Shown here: piece by piece, positions 33,863 to 48,000 of the stretch
Layout of the letters: each line of letters begins with the position of its first letter
Position numbering within the stretch: the first letter of the stretch is position 1
Assembly: GCF_032444005.1 (NCBI RefSeq)
Contig: NC_091289.1
Location: 5,456,001-5,520,000, forward strand
Direction of reading: 5' to 3'
Length of the DNA: 64,000 nt
DNA from: Ranitomeya imitator
Lineage: Eukaryota
Notes under the pieces: model-generated
Databases searched by the model: none
The model's input: the letters and a program-made list of their open reading frames with translations, nothing else
What the model was told of the DNA's origin: nothing
Translations under genes and position numbers: made by a program

Positions 33863-36652
33863 GGGGACCCTAGAGATAAGAGAAGGGGCGGAGGGACCCT
33901 AGTGATAAGAGAAGGGTGGTATGGACCTTAGTGATAATAGAAGGGTGGTAGGGACCCTAGTGATAAAAGAAGGGTGATAGGGACCCTAGTGATAAAAGAA
34001 GGGTGGTAGGGACCCTAGTGATAATAGAAGGGGCGGAGGGACCCTAGTGATAAGAGAAGGGTGGTAGGGACCCTAGAGATAAGAGAAGGGTGGTAGGGAC
34101 CCTAGTGATAAGAGAAGGGTGGTAGGGACCCTAGAGATAAGAGAAGGGGGGTAGGGACCCTAGAGATAAGAGAAGGGGTGGTAGGGACCCTATTGATAAG
34201 AGAAGGGTGGTAGGGACCCTAGAGATAAGAGAAGGGGTTGAGGGACCTTAGTGATAAGAGAAGGGGTTGAGGGACCCTAGAGATAAGAGAAGGGTGGTAG
34301 GGACCCTAGTGATAAGAGAAGGAGCGGAGGGACCCTAGTGATAAGAAGGGTGGTAGGGACCCTAGAGATAAGAGAAGGGTGGTAGGGACCCTAGTGATAA
34401 GAGAAGGGGCGGAGGGACCCTAGTGATAAGAAGGGTGGTAGGGACCCTAGTGATAAGAAGGGTGGTAGGGACCCTAGTGATAAGAGAAGGGTGGTAGGGA
34501 CCCTAGTGATAAGACAAGGGTGGTATGGACCCTAGTGATAAGAGAAGGGTGGTAGGGACCCTAGTGATAAGAGAAGGGGTTGAGGGACCCTAGTGATAAT
34601 AGAAGGGTGGTATGGACCCTAGAGATAAGAGAAGGGTAGTAGGGACCCTAGTGATAAGAGAAGGGGGTAGGGACCCTAGTGATAAGAGAAAGGTGATAGG
34701 GACCCTAGTGATAAGAGAAGGGGGTGAGGGACCCTAGTGATAAGAGAAGGGTGGTAGGGACCCTAGTGATAAGAGAAGGATGGTAGGGACCCTAGTGATA
34801 AGAGAAGGGGCGGAGGGACCCTAGTGATAATAGAAGGGGGGTAGGGACCCTAGTGATAAGAGAAGGGGCGGAGGGACCCTAGAGATAAGAGAAGGGTGGT
34901 AGGGACCCTAGAGATAAGAGAAGGGGTTGAGGGACCCTAGTGATAAGAGAAGGGGTTGAGGGACCCTAGAGATAATAGAAGGGTGGTAGGGACCCTAGTG
35001 ATAAGAGAAGGGGCGGAGGGACCCTAGTGATAAGAAGGGTGGTAGGGACCCTAGAGATAAGAGAAGGGTGGTAGGGACCCTAGTGATAAGAGAAGGGTGG
35101 TAGGGACCCTAGTGATAAGAGAAGGGTGGTATGGACCCTAGTGATAAGAGAAGGGGCGTAGGGACCCTAGTGATAAGAGAAGGGTGGTAGGGACCCTAGT
35201 GATAAGAGAAGGGGTTGAGGGACCCTAGTGATAATAGAAGGGTGGTATGGACCCTAGAGATAAGAGAAGGGTGTAGGGACCCTAGTGATAAGAGAAAGGT
35301 GATAGGGACCCTAGTGATAAGAGAAGGGGTTGAGGGACCCTAGTGATAAGAGAAGGGGTTGAGGGACCCTAGTGATAAGAGAAGGGTGGTAGGGACCCTA
35401 GTGATAAGAGAAGGATGGTAGGGACCCTAGTGATAAGAGAAGGGTGGTAGGGACCCTAGTGATAATAGAAGGGTGGTATGGACCCTAGAGATAAGAGAAG
35501 GGTGGTAGGGACCCTAGAGATAAGAGAAGGGTGATAGGGACCCTAGTGATAAGAGAAGGGGGTGAGGGACCCTAGTGATAATAGAAGGGTGGTAGGGACC
35601 CTAGTGATAAGAGAAGGGGGTGAGGGACCCTAGTGATAAGAGAAGGGTGGTATGGACCCTAGTGATAAGAGAAGGGGGTGAGGGACCCTAGTGATAATAG
35701 AAGGGTGGTATGGACCCTAGTGATAAGAGAAGGGTGGTAGGGACCCTAGTGATAAGAGAAGGATGGTAGGGACCCTAGTGATAAGAGAAGGGGCGGAGGG
35801 ACCCTAGTGATAAGAAGGGTGGTAGGGACCCTAGTGATAATAGAAGGGTGGTATGGACCCTAGAGATAAGAGAAGGGGGGTAGGGACCCTAGTGATAAGA
35901 GAAAGGTGATAGGGACCCTAGTGATAAGAGAAGGGGGTGAGGGACCCTAGTGATAATAGAAGGGTGGTAGGGACCCTAGTGATAAGAGAAGGGGGTGAGG
36001 GACCCTAGTGATAAGAGAAGGATGGTAGGGACCCTAGTGATAAGAGAAGGGGTTGAGGGACCCTAGTGATAAGAGAAGGGGTTGAGGGACCCTAGTGATA
36101 AGAGAAGGGTGGTAGGGACCCTAGTGATAAGAGAAGGGGGTGAGGGACCCTAGTGATAAGAGAAGAGTGGTAGGGACCCTAGTGATAAGAGAAGGGGGTG
36201 AGGGACCGTAGTGATAAGAAAGGTTGTAGGGACCCTTTTGATAAGAGAAGGGGGTGAGGGACCCAAGTGATAAGAGAAGGGTGGTAGGGACCCTAGTGAT
36301 AAGAGAAGGGTGGTAGGAACCCTAGAGATAATAGAAGGGGGTGAGGGACCCTAGTGATAATAGAAGGGTAGTAGGGACCCTAGAGATAAGAGAAGGGTGG
36401 TAGGGACCCTAGTGATAATAGAAGGGTAGTAGGGACCCTAGAGATAAGAGAAGGGTGGTAGGGACCCTAGTGATAAGAGAAGGGTGGTAGGGACCCTAGT
36501 GATAATAGAAGGGTATTAGGGACCCTAGTAATAATAGAAGGGTGGTAGGGACCCTAGAGATAAGAGAAGGGTGGTAGGGACCCTAGTGATAATAGAAGGG
36601 GGTGAGGGACCCTAGTGATAAGAGAAGGGTGGTAGGGACCCTAGTGATAAGA
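33863..36652. repeat. 29-bp purine-rich minisatellite, ~96 copies
   Basis: Unit AGGGACCCTAGTGATAAGAGAAGGGTGGT. Confidence 0.95.
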
Positions 36653-36844
36653 CGCCTTTCTTTATCGGCAAGCATCATGTGTTGGGGAAGGGAAGATGGA
36701 CGGAGGCATGGGGCGCACAGATTATGGAGGAAACCCCAATTACAGAATGCCAGGGTCCAGATAAATGGTCCCAAACCAAGGTCAGGTAATTAATGTTGAA
36801 GTCTAGATAACCAGTGTCCTATAGTATCCAGATCAATACGGCCA

Positions 36845-38820
36845 TAATGAGTCCAGACAGTGTCCACATACAGAAGGGAAAACATAAAGAAGTGCAGAAC
36901 ATAATTGCTCAACTAAAAAGTTTTCCAGTGCTTTAAAATGGCAAAAAAAAAAATGTGGTTAAAGGAATCCTACCATCTACATCGATCATAGAGTCACAAG
37001 AATGGCAAAAAAGCGTCCAGTGATCGGATCCAGGGAGATCAGAGCTCTACAGTTACCGGTGAATCCTGAAGCCATCAGAAGATGTCTACGTGAGGCCAAG
37101 CTACTGTATCTGCAAGAAACCCTCGTAAACTACCATTGCTGAAAAAGATGTGGTGACGAGGATACAGTTTGCGAAAGAACGCACTGACCTAAAGAGAAGT
37201 GGCCGAACATTCTATGGACAGATGAGAGCCAGATTGTCCTTACTGGGCGTAGAGGCCGCAGATTGTGAGATCCTGGATTCGGGCCACAGGACACTGTGAA
37301 AACAGGAAAACCTGGTGGTGCAGAATGGTCCGCGGGTGTCCTCATACTGTGGAGTTGGGACCATTTATCACAGACCCATGGATCAGTGTGAATATATCAC
37401 AATAGTGGGAGAGGTCATGTTGTCTTCTGCTGAAAAAGAAATGCCTTTGAAATGGATAACGACCCCAAACTCACAAGCAAGCGGGCGACATCCTGGGTCC
37501 AGACCAACAAGACTAATGTTATGAAGAGACCGTCTGATCCCCAGACATCAGTCCGATTGCCAGGCCTCAGTCCGATCCCCAGACGTCAGTCCGATTCCTG
37601 GAACTCAGTCCAATCCCCGGGCCTCAGTCCGATCCCCAGACGTCAGTCCGATCCCCAGACGTCAGTCCGATTCCTGGAACTCAGTCCAATCCCCGGGCCT
37701 CAGTCCGATCCCCAGACGTCAGTCCGATCCCCAGACGTCAGTCCGATTCCTGGAACTCAGTCCAATCCCCGGGCCTCAGTCCGATCCCCAGACGTCAGTC
37801 CGATCCCCAGGCCTCAGTCTGAACCCCAGACCTCTGTCCGAACCCCAGATGTCAGGCCGATCCCTGGACCTCAGTCCGATCCCCAGACGTGAGTCTGATC
37901 CCCAGGCCTCAGTCCGATCCCTGGAACTCAGTCCAATCCCCGGGGCTCAGTCCGATCCCCAGACGTCAGTCCGATCCCCAGGCCTCATTCCGATCTCCGG
38001 ACCTCAGTCCGATTCCCAGACGTCAGTCTAATCCTCGGGCCTCAGTCCGATCCCCACATGTCAGTCCGATCTCCGGGCCTCAGTTTCATCCCCAAATGTC
38101 AATCCAATCCTCGGGCCTCAGTCCGATCCCCGGGCCTCAGTCCGATCCCCAGGCCTCAGTCCGATCCCCGGGCCTCAGTCCGATCCCCGGACCTCAGTCC
38201 GATCCCCGGGCCTCAGTCCGATCCCCAGGCCTCAGTCCGATCCCTAGGCCTCAGTCCGATCCTCGGGCCTCAGTACGATCTCCAGATGTCAGTCCGATCC
38301 CCAGGCCTCAGTTCGATCCCCAGGCCTCAATCTGATCCCCAGATATCGGTCCGATCCCCAGACGTCAGTCCGATCCCCGGGCCTCAGTCCGATCCCCGGG
38401 CCTCAGTCCGATCCCCGGGCCTCAGTCCGATCCCCGGACCTCAGTCCGATCCCCAGGCCTCAGTCCGATCCCTAGGCCTCAGTCCGATCCTCGGGCCTCA
38501 GTACGATCTCCAGATGTCAGTCCGATCCCCAGGCCTCAGTTCGATCCCCAGGCCTCAATCTGATCCCCAGATATCGGTCCGATCCCCAGACGTCAGTCTG
38601 ATCCCCGGGCCTCAGTCTGATCTCCAGACGTCAGTCCGATCCCCAGACCTCAATCCGATGGAGAATTTGTGAAGTGACATAAAAATATAAAAGAGCTTTG
38701 GGACGTCGTCCGCTCAGCGAGGGCTGGAGATCTGTCCCAGGGGTCTGATGTTAGGGGACTCCACGCCTCACAGATGTAAAGCTGCTATCAGAAATAAAGG
38801 TGATACAACAAAATATTAGA
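36845..38820 (+). mobile_element. Tc1 transposase remnant D split by a minisatellite (boundaries approximate)
   Basis: EGKT/YKEVQ-like N-terminus, DNDPKLTSK, SPDLNPMENL, C-terminal RCKAAIRNKGDTTKY-stop. Confidence 0.8.
37530..38655. repeat. 19-bp minisatellite, ~59 copies, derived from Tc1 coding sequence
   Basis: Unit CTCAGTCCGATCCCCAGRC. Confidence 0.92.
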
Positions 38821-40237
38821 TCAGAGATTGACAGAAAAGCCGAGTCTGTAATAAATCTCCATCTATAGTCACGTCTGTAGCTCCAGACACGGCCATGATC
38901 TGAGCCGCCATTATTCCTTGTCCTTTTCCAGATTATAAATGGATGTTTTGTTCCTGTTTTTGGAGCTGATTGTGCGGCTCCGGCTCCTCTGAGGGCTCAG
39001 CTTATTCTTCTCGGTTGTTTTTATTACACTGCTGTTATTTTGCACATTATTGATATCATGGCCGCCCATAGAATTTCTGGACAACCTCACAACACAGAAC
39101 ACCTGGGGGAACCTAACTTTTCTGAGGTCTGGGGGCTTTATCTAATATTTGGTGTGCACTGGACAGTTTTCCGGGTGGTCTATGAAGGTGGGCACCATCT
39201 CTCCTCTGCGCTTTATTGGGTGCGGTGGTCGCCTCTTGTAACGTTTAGTGACTTTACAAGTGACGATGGTTTATTTCCACGTGGTACAAGAAATGGGCCA
39301 AATATTGTGCATGCCCAGGGGCACAGCATTTATTATCCCGCTGGCACGGTGTGTGCACAGGACTGTACGGACCCTGCCCCATATATGCTATGGGATGCAG
39401 TCTGTACCACCACTGAGACCTGTTACCGGGGTCCGGGGACTGGATCATTTGCTGAGGGTCCAGAACATCAGAGTTTCAGGGATTCTACAAACCTGGTGCT
39501 GCCTAGGAGAGATCCTGATATTCCTGCCTCGTGCGAATACCCCCAAAGGCAAACATTCATAGGGAGGTCACAGAAACGTGCGGTCAGTTCCCCTATTGGG
39601 CTCACATCTCAAGGTCCCTTGTGCCCTCGCCAGACATGATGGGTTTATATTAACAGATATTCCTTCTGTTTGTGAAACAACATTTCGACAGATTTGATGC
39701 TACTTTGCCCTCTTTGTCTCTCTTGTCATCAGCATATTTAGGGATGATGTCCCCCCAGAGCAGGGGCTCAGCGTCAGGAGCCACCAAACTGAAGTCATCC
39801 AGATATAATGGATGCCGGCTTATGAAGTGGAGTCTGGGCTAATAAAACCGCATCACGCACCGCTCTGTCTTACTTTAATTTTTGCAGGGACCAACTTTAA
39901 AAACAGACCACCAGCCCCCCATAAAGCAAGAGACACTTGGCAATAATGCCAGGGGGCAGCAGGTAGGCCGAGTTTCCTGTAGCCACTCATTCCTTACTGT
40001 CATATGTTGGGATGAGGGATTTGCCATGATTCCAGTGCCGTCCTCACTGCTGGTTAATCTGCACTATTATTATTACTTCATTGTGCCTTTGTTAACGCTC
40101 AACTGTGAGGTGGGGTCTCAAATCCATAGATCTGGAAGTGAAGAACAAACCCAGAGGTATTGGTGCAGTGAGGTACAGCTGAGCTAAATATGTGGACGGC
40201 ACCTGGAGCAGAGCATTGAACAGTACAAATGTATACC

Positions 40238-43140
40238 TAGGACAGTGCATGGAACAGTAGAGCTGGATACGCAGGACAGTGCATGGAACAGTAGAGCTGG
40301 ATACGTAGGACAGTGCATGGAACAGTAGAGCTGCATACGTAGGACAGTGCATGAAACAGTAGAACTGGATATGTAGGACAGTGCATGGAACAGTAGAGCT
40401 GGATATGTAGGACAGTGCATGGAACAGTAGAGCTGGATACGTAGGACAGTGCATGGAACAGTGGAGCTGGATACACAGGACAGTGCATGGAACAGTAGAG
40501 CTGGATACGTAGGACAGTGCATGGAACAGTAGAACTGAATACATAGGACAGTGCATGGAACAGTGGAGCTGGATACGCAGGGCAGTGCACGGAACAGTAG
40601 AGCAGAATACGTAGGACAGTGCATGGAACAGTAGAGCTGAATACGCAGGACAGTGCATGGAACAGTAGAGCTGAATACGTAGGACAGTGCATGGAACAGT
40701 GGAGCTGGATACGCAGGACAGTGCATGGAACAGTAGAGCTGAATACGTAGGACAGTGCATGGAACAGTGGAGCTGGATACGCAGGACAGTGCATGGAACA
40801 GTAGAGCTGAATACGTAGGACAGTGCATGAAACGGCAGAACTGGATACGTAGGACAGTGCATGAAATAGCAGAGCTGGATACGTAGGACAGTGCATGAAA
40901 CAGAGCTGGATACGTAGGACAGTGCATGAAATAGCAGAACTGGATACGTAGGACAGTGCATGAAACAGCAGAACTGGATACGTAGGACAGTGCATGAAAT
41001 AGGAGAGCTGGATATGTAGGACAGTGCATGGAACAGCAGAGCTAAATATGTAGGACAGCGCATGAAACAGTAGAGCTGGACACGTAGGACAGTGCATTGG
41101 AACAGCAGAGCTGAATATGTAGGACAGTGCATGAAACAGCAGAGCTGGATAGGTAGGTCAGTGCATGGAACAGCAGAGCTGGATATGTAGGGCAGTGCAT
41201 GGAACAGCAGAGCTAAATACGTAGGACAGTGCATGAAACGGCAAACTGGATACGTAGGACAGTGCATGAAATAGCAGAGCTGGATATGTAGGACAGTGCA
41301 TGAAACAGCAGAGCTGGACACATAGGACAGTGCATGAAATAGCAGAGCTGGATACGTAGGACAGTGCATGAAACAGCAGAACTGGATACATAGGACAGTG
41401 CATGAAATAGGAGAGCTGGATATGTAGGACAGTGCATGGAACAGCAGAGCTGGATATGTAGGGCAGTGCATGGAACAGCAGAGCTAAATCCGTAGGACAG
41501 TGCATGGAACAGCAGAGCTGAATACATAGGACAGTGCATGAAATAGCAGAGCTGGATACGTAGGACAGTGCATGAAACAGCAGAGCTGGATACGTAGGAC
41601 AGCGCATGAAACAGCAAAAGTGGATACGCAGGACAGTGCATGAAACAGCAGAGCTGGATACGTAGGACAGTGCATGAAACAGCAGAGCTGCATACGTAGA
41701 ACAGTGCATGAAACAGTAGAGCTGGATATGTAGAACAGCACATGAAGCAGCAGATCTGGATATGAAAGACAGTGCATGAAACAGCAGAGCTGTATATGTA
41801 TGACAGTGCTTGAAACAGCAGAGCTGGATAAGTAAGACAGTTCATGGAACAGCAGATCTGGATATGTAGGGTAGTGCATGGAACAGCGGAGTGGATACAC
41901 AGGACAGTGCATGAAACAGAAGAGCTGGATATGCAGGACAACGCATGAAACAGCAGAGCTGGATATGCAGGACAGCGCATGGAATAGCAGAGCTGGATAC
42001 GTAGGACAGTACATGGACCAGCAGAGCCTGATACATAGGACAATGCATACAACAGTAGAGCTGGATATATAGGACAGTGCATGGGACAGCAGAGCTTGAT
42101 ATGTAGGACAGTACATGAAATAGCAGAGCTGGATACGTAGGACAGTGCATGGAACAGCAGATCTGGATACGTAGGACAGTACATGGAACAGCAAATCTGG
42201 ATACATAGGACAGTGTATGGAACAGCAGAGCTGGATACGTAGGACAGTGCATGGAACAGCAAAGCTGGATACGTAGGACAGTGCATGGAACAGCAAAGCT
42301 GGATACGTAGGACAGTGCATGGAACATCAGAGCTGGATACGTAGGACAGTGCTTGGAACAGCAGATCTGAATATGTCGGACTGGTGCATGGAACAGCAGA
42401 GCCGGAAACGTATGACAGTGAATGGAACAGCAGAGCTGGATACATATGACTGTGCATGGAACAGCAGAGCTGGAAATGTAGGACAGGTGCATGGAACAGC
42501 AGAGCTGGATACGTATGACAGTGCATGGAACAGCAGAGCTGGATACGTAGGACAGTGCATGGAACAGCAGAGCTGGATATGTAGGACAGTGCATGGAAAA
42601 CAGCTGGATACGTAGGACAGTGCATGGAACAGCAGAGCTGGATACGTAGGACAGTGCATAGAACAGCAGAGCTGGATACGTAGGACAGTGCATGGAACAG
42701 CAGAGCTGGATACGTATGACTGCATGGAACAGCAGAGCTGGATATGTAGGACAGGTGCATGGAACAGCAGAGCTGGATACGTATGACAGTGCATGGAACA
42801 GCAGAGCTGGATACGTATGACTGTGCATGGAACAGCAGAGCTGGATACGTATGACTGTGCATGGAACAGCAGAGCTAGATACGTATGACAGTGCATGGAA
42901 CAGCAGAGCTGGATACGTAGGACAGTGCATGGAACAGCAGAGCTGGATACGTATGACTGTGCATGGAACAGCAGATCTGGATACGTATGATTGTGCATGG
43001 AACAGCAGAGCTAGATACGTATGACAGTGCATGGAACAGCAGAGCTGGATACGTAGGACAGTGCATGGAACAGCAGAGCTGGATACGTATGACTGTGCAT
43101 GGAACAGCAGATCTGGATATGTAGGACAGTGCATGGACCA
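40238..43140. repeat. 34-bp minisatellite, ~85 copies
   Basis: Unit GGACAGTGCATGGAACAGYAGAGCTGGATACGTA. Confidence 0.95.
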
Positions 43141-43739
43141 GTTGAGCTAGAAATGCTGGATGGCAACTAGAGCATGTGAAATAGCGAAGTTGGAAATGCT
43201 GGACGATATACTTCAGATTTAATGTAGCAGTGGGGTAAAGTAGAATTAGATTTGTCAGGAGACTCACTTGAGAATTGATATAGCAGAGCCCAGCAGTATG
43301 GCAGAGCTGGCTAGACAGAGACCAACGCTGACCACCATACTCCCCACATACTTAGGCTGCATGTTTCTGCCTGGCCAGTTTGGACTGGGGTCTTCATTAA
43401 TCAAGGTCTTGTTGCAGTCTCAGTTTATTTCAAGCTATAACCTGGAGTCTTTTTTGGCATCTAAATTAATATATGAACCTAATTTGTGTTCTGCATAACT
43501 TTAGGGGTCTAAATAAATTTAGAGATTGGAAACAACTGCAGAAGTGAGGAGCCAAACATGTCTAGGCAGAGAACTCAGCACTGGTCAGAAGTCCAACCAA
43601 AAAAGACATCACTTGTTAGACACTGGATTTATGGAGGAGCGGTCACCGCTTCTGTCCAGTCTGTTCTAGAAAATCTTTGTATTTGTTATCAGATTCTGCA
43701 GCATCTTACTAAACTCTATTTTGGAGTTTTTCTGATACC

Positions 43740-45010
43740 AAACCATCTGAACACTCGCATAAGGAACCTTTACTTTGTTCATGAAACGACATGGCTCAAA
43801 GTAGAGCGAGGCGTCAGACAAGGCGGCATCCTGCCACCATTTCTCTTCAATTTATATGCAGAGGGTATTTTCAGAAAGGCTGGACTTGCAAAACATGAAG
43901 AAATCAAAATAGACGAATAATCGACACCCTTAAATATGTAGACGATGCAACTGTCACGCTGTAATACTGAGGGTAAATGCAGAGTAACAAATACTCCACT
44001 ATATGGCAACAGAGTGGAGAGTGAGCTAAATATCCTGCTATGAAGCAGACCTACCGTAATACAGCGAAGCTACCACTAGGTGGCAGCGGAATAGCCAGAG
44101 AGCTGAGTCGATACCAGTGGAGAACGCAGTACCAAAGGGAAAACCGAGGGACAAAGTCAGACGAGAGCAAAAAGGTCAGTACCGGTCAGTAGCAGGGAAT
44201 TCAGAAGGGAGAGACAGAATCAGGTCAGAGCCAAGCTAAAGTCAAATACCGGGGAATCCAAACACACAGGGAACTAAGGAGCAGGGACGGGAAGGGAGGT
44301 CAACAGACACGGGTTGGGTCAGATGAATGCAGCAGGACAGATCAGGGACTCACCAGTGCCAGCTAGCATGCCAAAGGCAAGCAATATCACTGGCATTGCA
44401 CACCGCTGCACAGAGATATAGCAGATCTCACACAGGAACGAGGCAGGGAAAGTTAACCTCTGAAATGTCCAGACCTGGAAAGGAGAGACAAGACATAACC
44501 CCGGCCTGGATCATGACAGCAACAAGTGTAGATGGAATGAAGGACTTATTTGTGTCAAAATGGAAAGCTCGAACATGGGACTCAAACTGAACACAAAGAA
44601 GATAAAGATATTGACTACTGCCAGGTACGACCGGGACATATATGAGATGGAAGTTGTAAAGGACTTCAGTCTACTCGGATCGACGATAACTCAAGATGCA
44701 GTAAAGACACCGGACGTCAATAGGAGAATAGTTATGGGGAAATCTACAATGAGGTCACTGGACGAGGTCCTCAAATCGAGGAACATTTCACTGGCAAGAA
44801 GACACAGCTCATATATAAAAATAAAGATTATTATTATTAGCTCATACATAATCTGGTGGTTTCTGTAGTAACATCCAGATGCAAAACCTGGACGGTAAAG
44901 AAACAAGAAGAAGAATCGACGCCTTCTAAATGTGGTGCTGGAGAAGGATGTTGTCAATACCATGGATGGAAAGAAGAACAGGCAAATCAATGGAATGGAG
45001 AGGAGAGTAG
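43740..45010 (+). mobile_element. RTE-clade LINE remnant (RT C-terminal half)
   Basis: GVRQGGILPPFLFNLYAE, KYVDD, GLKLNTKKIKI, RRIDAF, MWCWRRML. Confidence 0.85.
43952..44518. mobile_element. Solo LTR, 567 bp
   Basis: TGTCA...TGACA termini and perfect 5-bp duplication GCAAC (43947-43951, 44519-44523). Confidence 0.88.
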
Positions 45011-45054
45011 GGAATATCAACGCAGACAATCTGGATCAGGAGAGGTAGCAGGAT

Positions 45055-48000
45055 GGTGCTGGAGGGTGCCGATAATGCTGCAGGGTGCCGATAATGCTGC
45101 AGGGTGCCGATAGTGCTGGAGGGTGCCGATAATACTGCAAGGTGCCGATAGTGCTGCAGGGTGCCGATAGTGCTGGAGGGTGCCGATAGTGCTGGAGGGT
45201 GCCGATAATGCTGGAGGGTGCCGATAGTGCTGGAGGGTGCCAATAGTGCTGCAGGGTGCCGATAGTGCTGCAGGGTGCCGATAGTGCTGCAGGGTGCCGA
45301 TAGTGCTGGAGGGTGCCGATAGTGCTGCAGGGTGCCGATAGTGCTGCAGGGTGCCGATAGTGCTGCAGGGTGCCGATAGTGCTGAAGGGTGCCGATAATG
45401 CTGCAGAGTGCCGATTGTGCTGGATGGTGCCGATAGTGCTGGAGGGTGCCGATAGTGCTGGAGGGTGCCGATAATGCTGGAGGGTGCCGATTGTGCTGGA
45501 TGGTGCCGATAATGCTGGAGGGTGCCGATAGTGCTGGAGGGTGCCGATAGTGCTGGAGGGTGCCGATAGTGCTGCAGGGTGCCGATAGTGCTGGAGGGTG
45601 CCGATAGTGCTGGAGGGTGCCGATAGTGCTGGAGGGTGCCGATAATGCTGGAGGGTGCCGATAGTGCTGGAGGGTGGCGATAATGCTGGAGGGTGCCGAT
45701 AATGCTGGAGGGTGCCGATAGTGCTGGAGGGTGCTGATAGTGCTGGAGGGTGCTGATAGTGCTGCAGGGTGCCGATAGTGCTGGAGGGTGCCGATAGTGC
45801 TGGAGGGTGCCGATAGTGCTGGAGGGTGCTGATAGTGCTGGAGGGTGCTGATAGTGCTGCAGGGTGCCGATAGTGCTGCAGGGTGCCAATAGTGCTGGAG
45901 GGTGCCGATAGTGCTGGAGGGTGCTGATAGTGCTGCAGGGTGCCGATAGTGCTGCAGGGTGCCAATAGTGCTGGAGGGTGCCGATAGTGCTGGAGGGTGC
46001 CGATAATGCTGGAGGGTGCTGATAGTGCTGCAGGGTGCCGATAGTGCTGAAGGGTGCCGATAGTGCTGGAGGGTGTCGATAGTGCTGGAGGGTGCCGATA
46101 ATGCTGGAGGGTGCTGATAGTGCTGCAGGGTGCCGATAGTGCTGGAGGGTGCCGATAGTGCTGGAGGGTGCCGATAGTGCTGGAGGGTGCCGATAATGCT
46201 GGAGGGTGCCGATAATGCTGGAGGGTGCCGATAGTGCTGGAGGGTGCCGATAATGCTGGAGGGTGCTGATAGTGCTGCAGGGTGCCGATAGTGCTGGAGG
46301 GTGCCGATAGTGCTGGAGGGTGCCGATAGTGCTGGAGGGTGCCGATAATTCTGGAGGGTGCTGATAGTGCTGCAGGGTGCCGATAGTGCTGGAGGGTGCC
46401 GATAGTGCTGGAGGGTGCCGATAATGCTGGAGGGTGCCGATAGTGCTGCAGGGTGCCGATAGTGCTGGAGGGTGCCGATAATGCTGGAGGGTGTTGATAG
46501 TGCTGCAGGGTGCCGATAGTGCTGGAGGGTGCCGATAGTGCTGGAGGGTGCCGATAATGCTGGAGGGTGCTGATAGTGCTGCAGGGTGCCGATAGTGCTG
46601 GAGGGTGCCGATAGTGCTGGAGGGTGCCGATAGTGCTGGAGGGTGCCGATAATGCTGGAGGGTGCTGATAGTGCTGCAGGGTGCCGATAGTGCTGGAGGG
46701 TGCCGATAGTGCTGGAGGGTGCCGATAATGCTGGAGGGTGCCGATAGTGCTGCAGGGTGCCGATAGTGCTGGAGGGTGCCGATAATGCTGGAGGGTGTTG
46801 ATAGTGCTGCAGGGTGCCGATAGTGCTGGAGGGTGCCGATAGTGCTGGAGGGTGCCGATAATGCTGGAGGGTGCTGATAGTGCTGCAGGGTGCCGATAGT
46901 GCTGGAGGGTGCCGATAGTGCTGGAGGGTGCCGATAGTGCTGGAGGGTGTCGATAATGCTGGAGGGTGCTGATAGTGCTGCAGGGTGCCGATAGTGCTGG
47001 AGGGTGCCGATAGTGCTGGAGGGTGCCGATAATGCTGGAGGGTGCCGATAGTGCTGGAGGGTGCCGATAATGCTGGAGGGTGCCGATAGTGCTGGAGAGT
47101 GCCGATAGTGCTGGAGGGTGCCGATAGTGCTGGAGGGTGCCGATAGTGCTGGAGGGTGCCGATAGTGCTGGAGGGTGCCGATAATGCTGCAGGGTGACGA
47201 TAATGCTGCAGGGTGCCGATAATGCTGGAGGGTGCCGATAATGCTGGAGGGTGCCGATAATGCTGGAGGGTGCCGATAGTGCTGGAGGGTGCCGATAGTG
47301 CTGGAGGGTGCCGATAATGCTGGAGGGTGCCGATAGTTCTGGAGGGTGCCGATAGTGCTGCAGGGTGCCGATAGTGCTGAAGGGTGCCGATAATGCTGGA
47401 GGGTGCCGATAATGCTGGAGGGTGCCGATAGTGCTGGAGGGTGCCGATAGTGCTGGAGGGTGCCGATAATGCTGGAGAGTGCCGATAGTGCTGGAGGGTG
47501 CCGATAGTGCTGGAGGGTGCCGATAATGCTGAAGGGTGCCGATAGTGCTGGAGGGTGCCGATAGTGCTGGAGGGTGCCGATAATGCTGGAGGGTGCCGAT
47601 AGTGCTGGAGGGTGCCGATAGTGCTGGAGGGTGCCGATAATGCTGGAGGGTGCCGATAGTGCTGGAGGGTGCCGATAGTGCTGGAGGGTGCCGATAATGC
47701 TGGAGGGTGCCGATAGTGCTGGAGGGTGCCGATAATGCTGGAGGGTGCCGATAGTGCTGGAGGGTGCCGATAATGCTGGAGGATGCCGATAGTGCTGGAG
47801 GGTGCCGATAATGCTGGAGGGTGCCGATAGTGCTGGAGGGTGCCGATAATGCTGAAGGGTGCCGATAGTGCTGGAGGGTGCCGATAGTGCTGGAGGGTGC
47901 CGATAATGCTGGAGGGTGCCGATAGTGCTGGAGGGTGCCGATAGTGCTGGAGGGTGCCGATAATGCTGGAGGGTGCCGATAGTGCTGGAGGGTGCCGATA

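Noticed and set aside
39040-39639. 199-aa ORF
   Set aside because: Non-ATG start, no recognisable domain; possibly a decayed retroelement, unresolved without a search
40092-43267. Cys/His-rich ORFs of 130-549 aa
   Set aside because: All frames cycle through the 34-bp unit; no unique coding flanks or splice context
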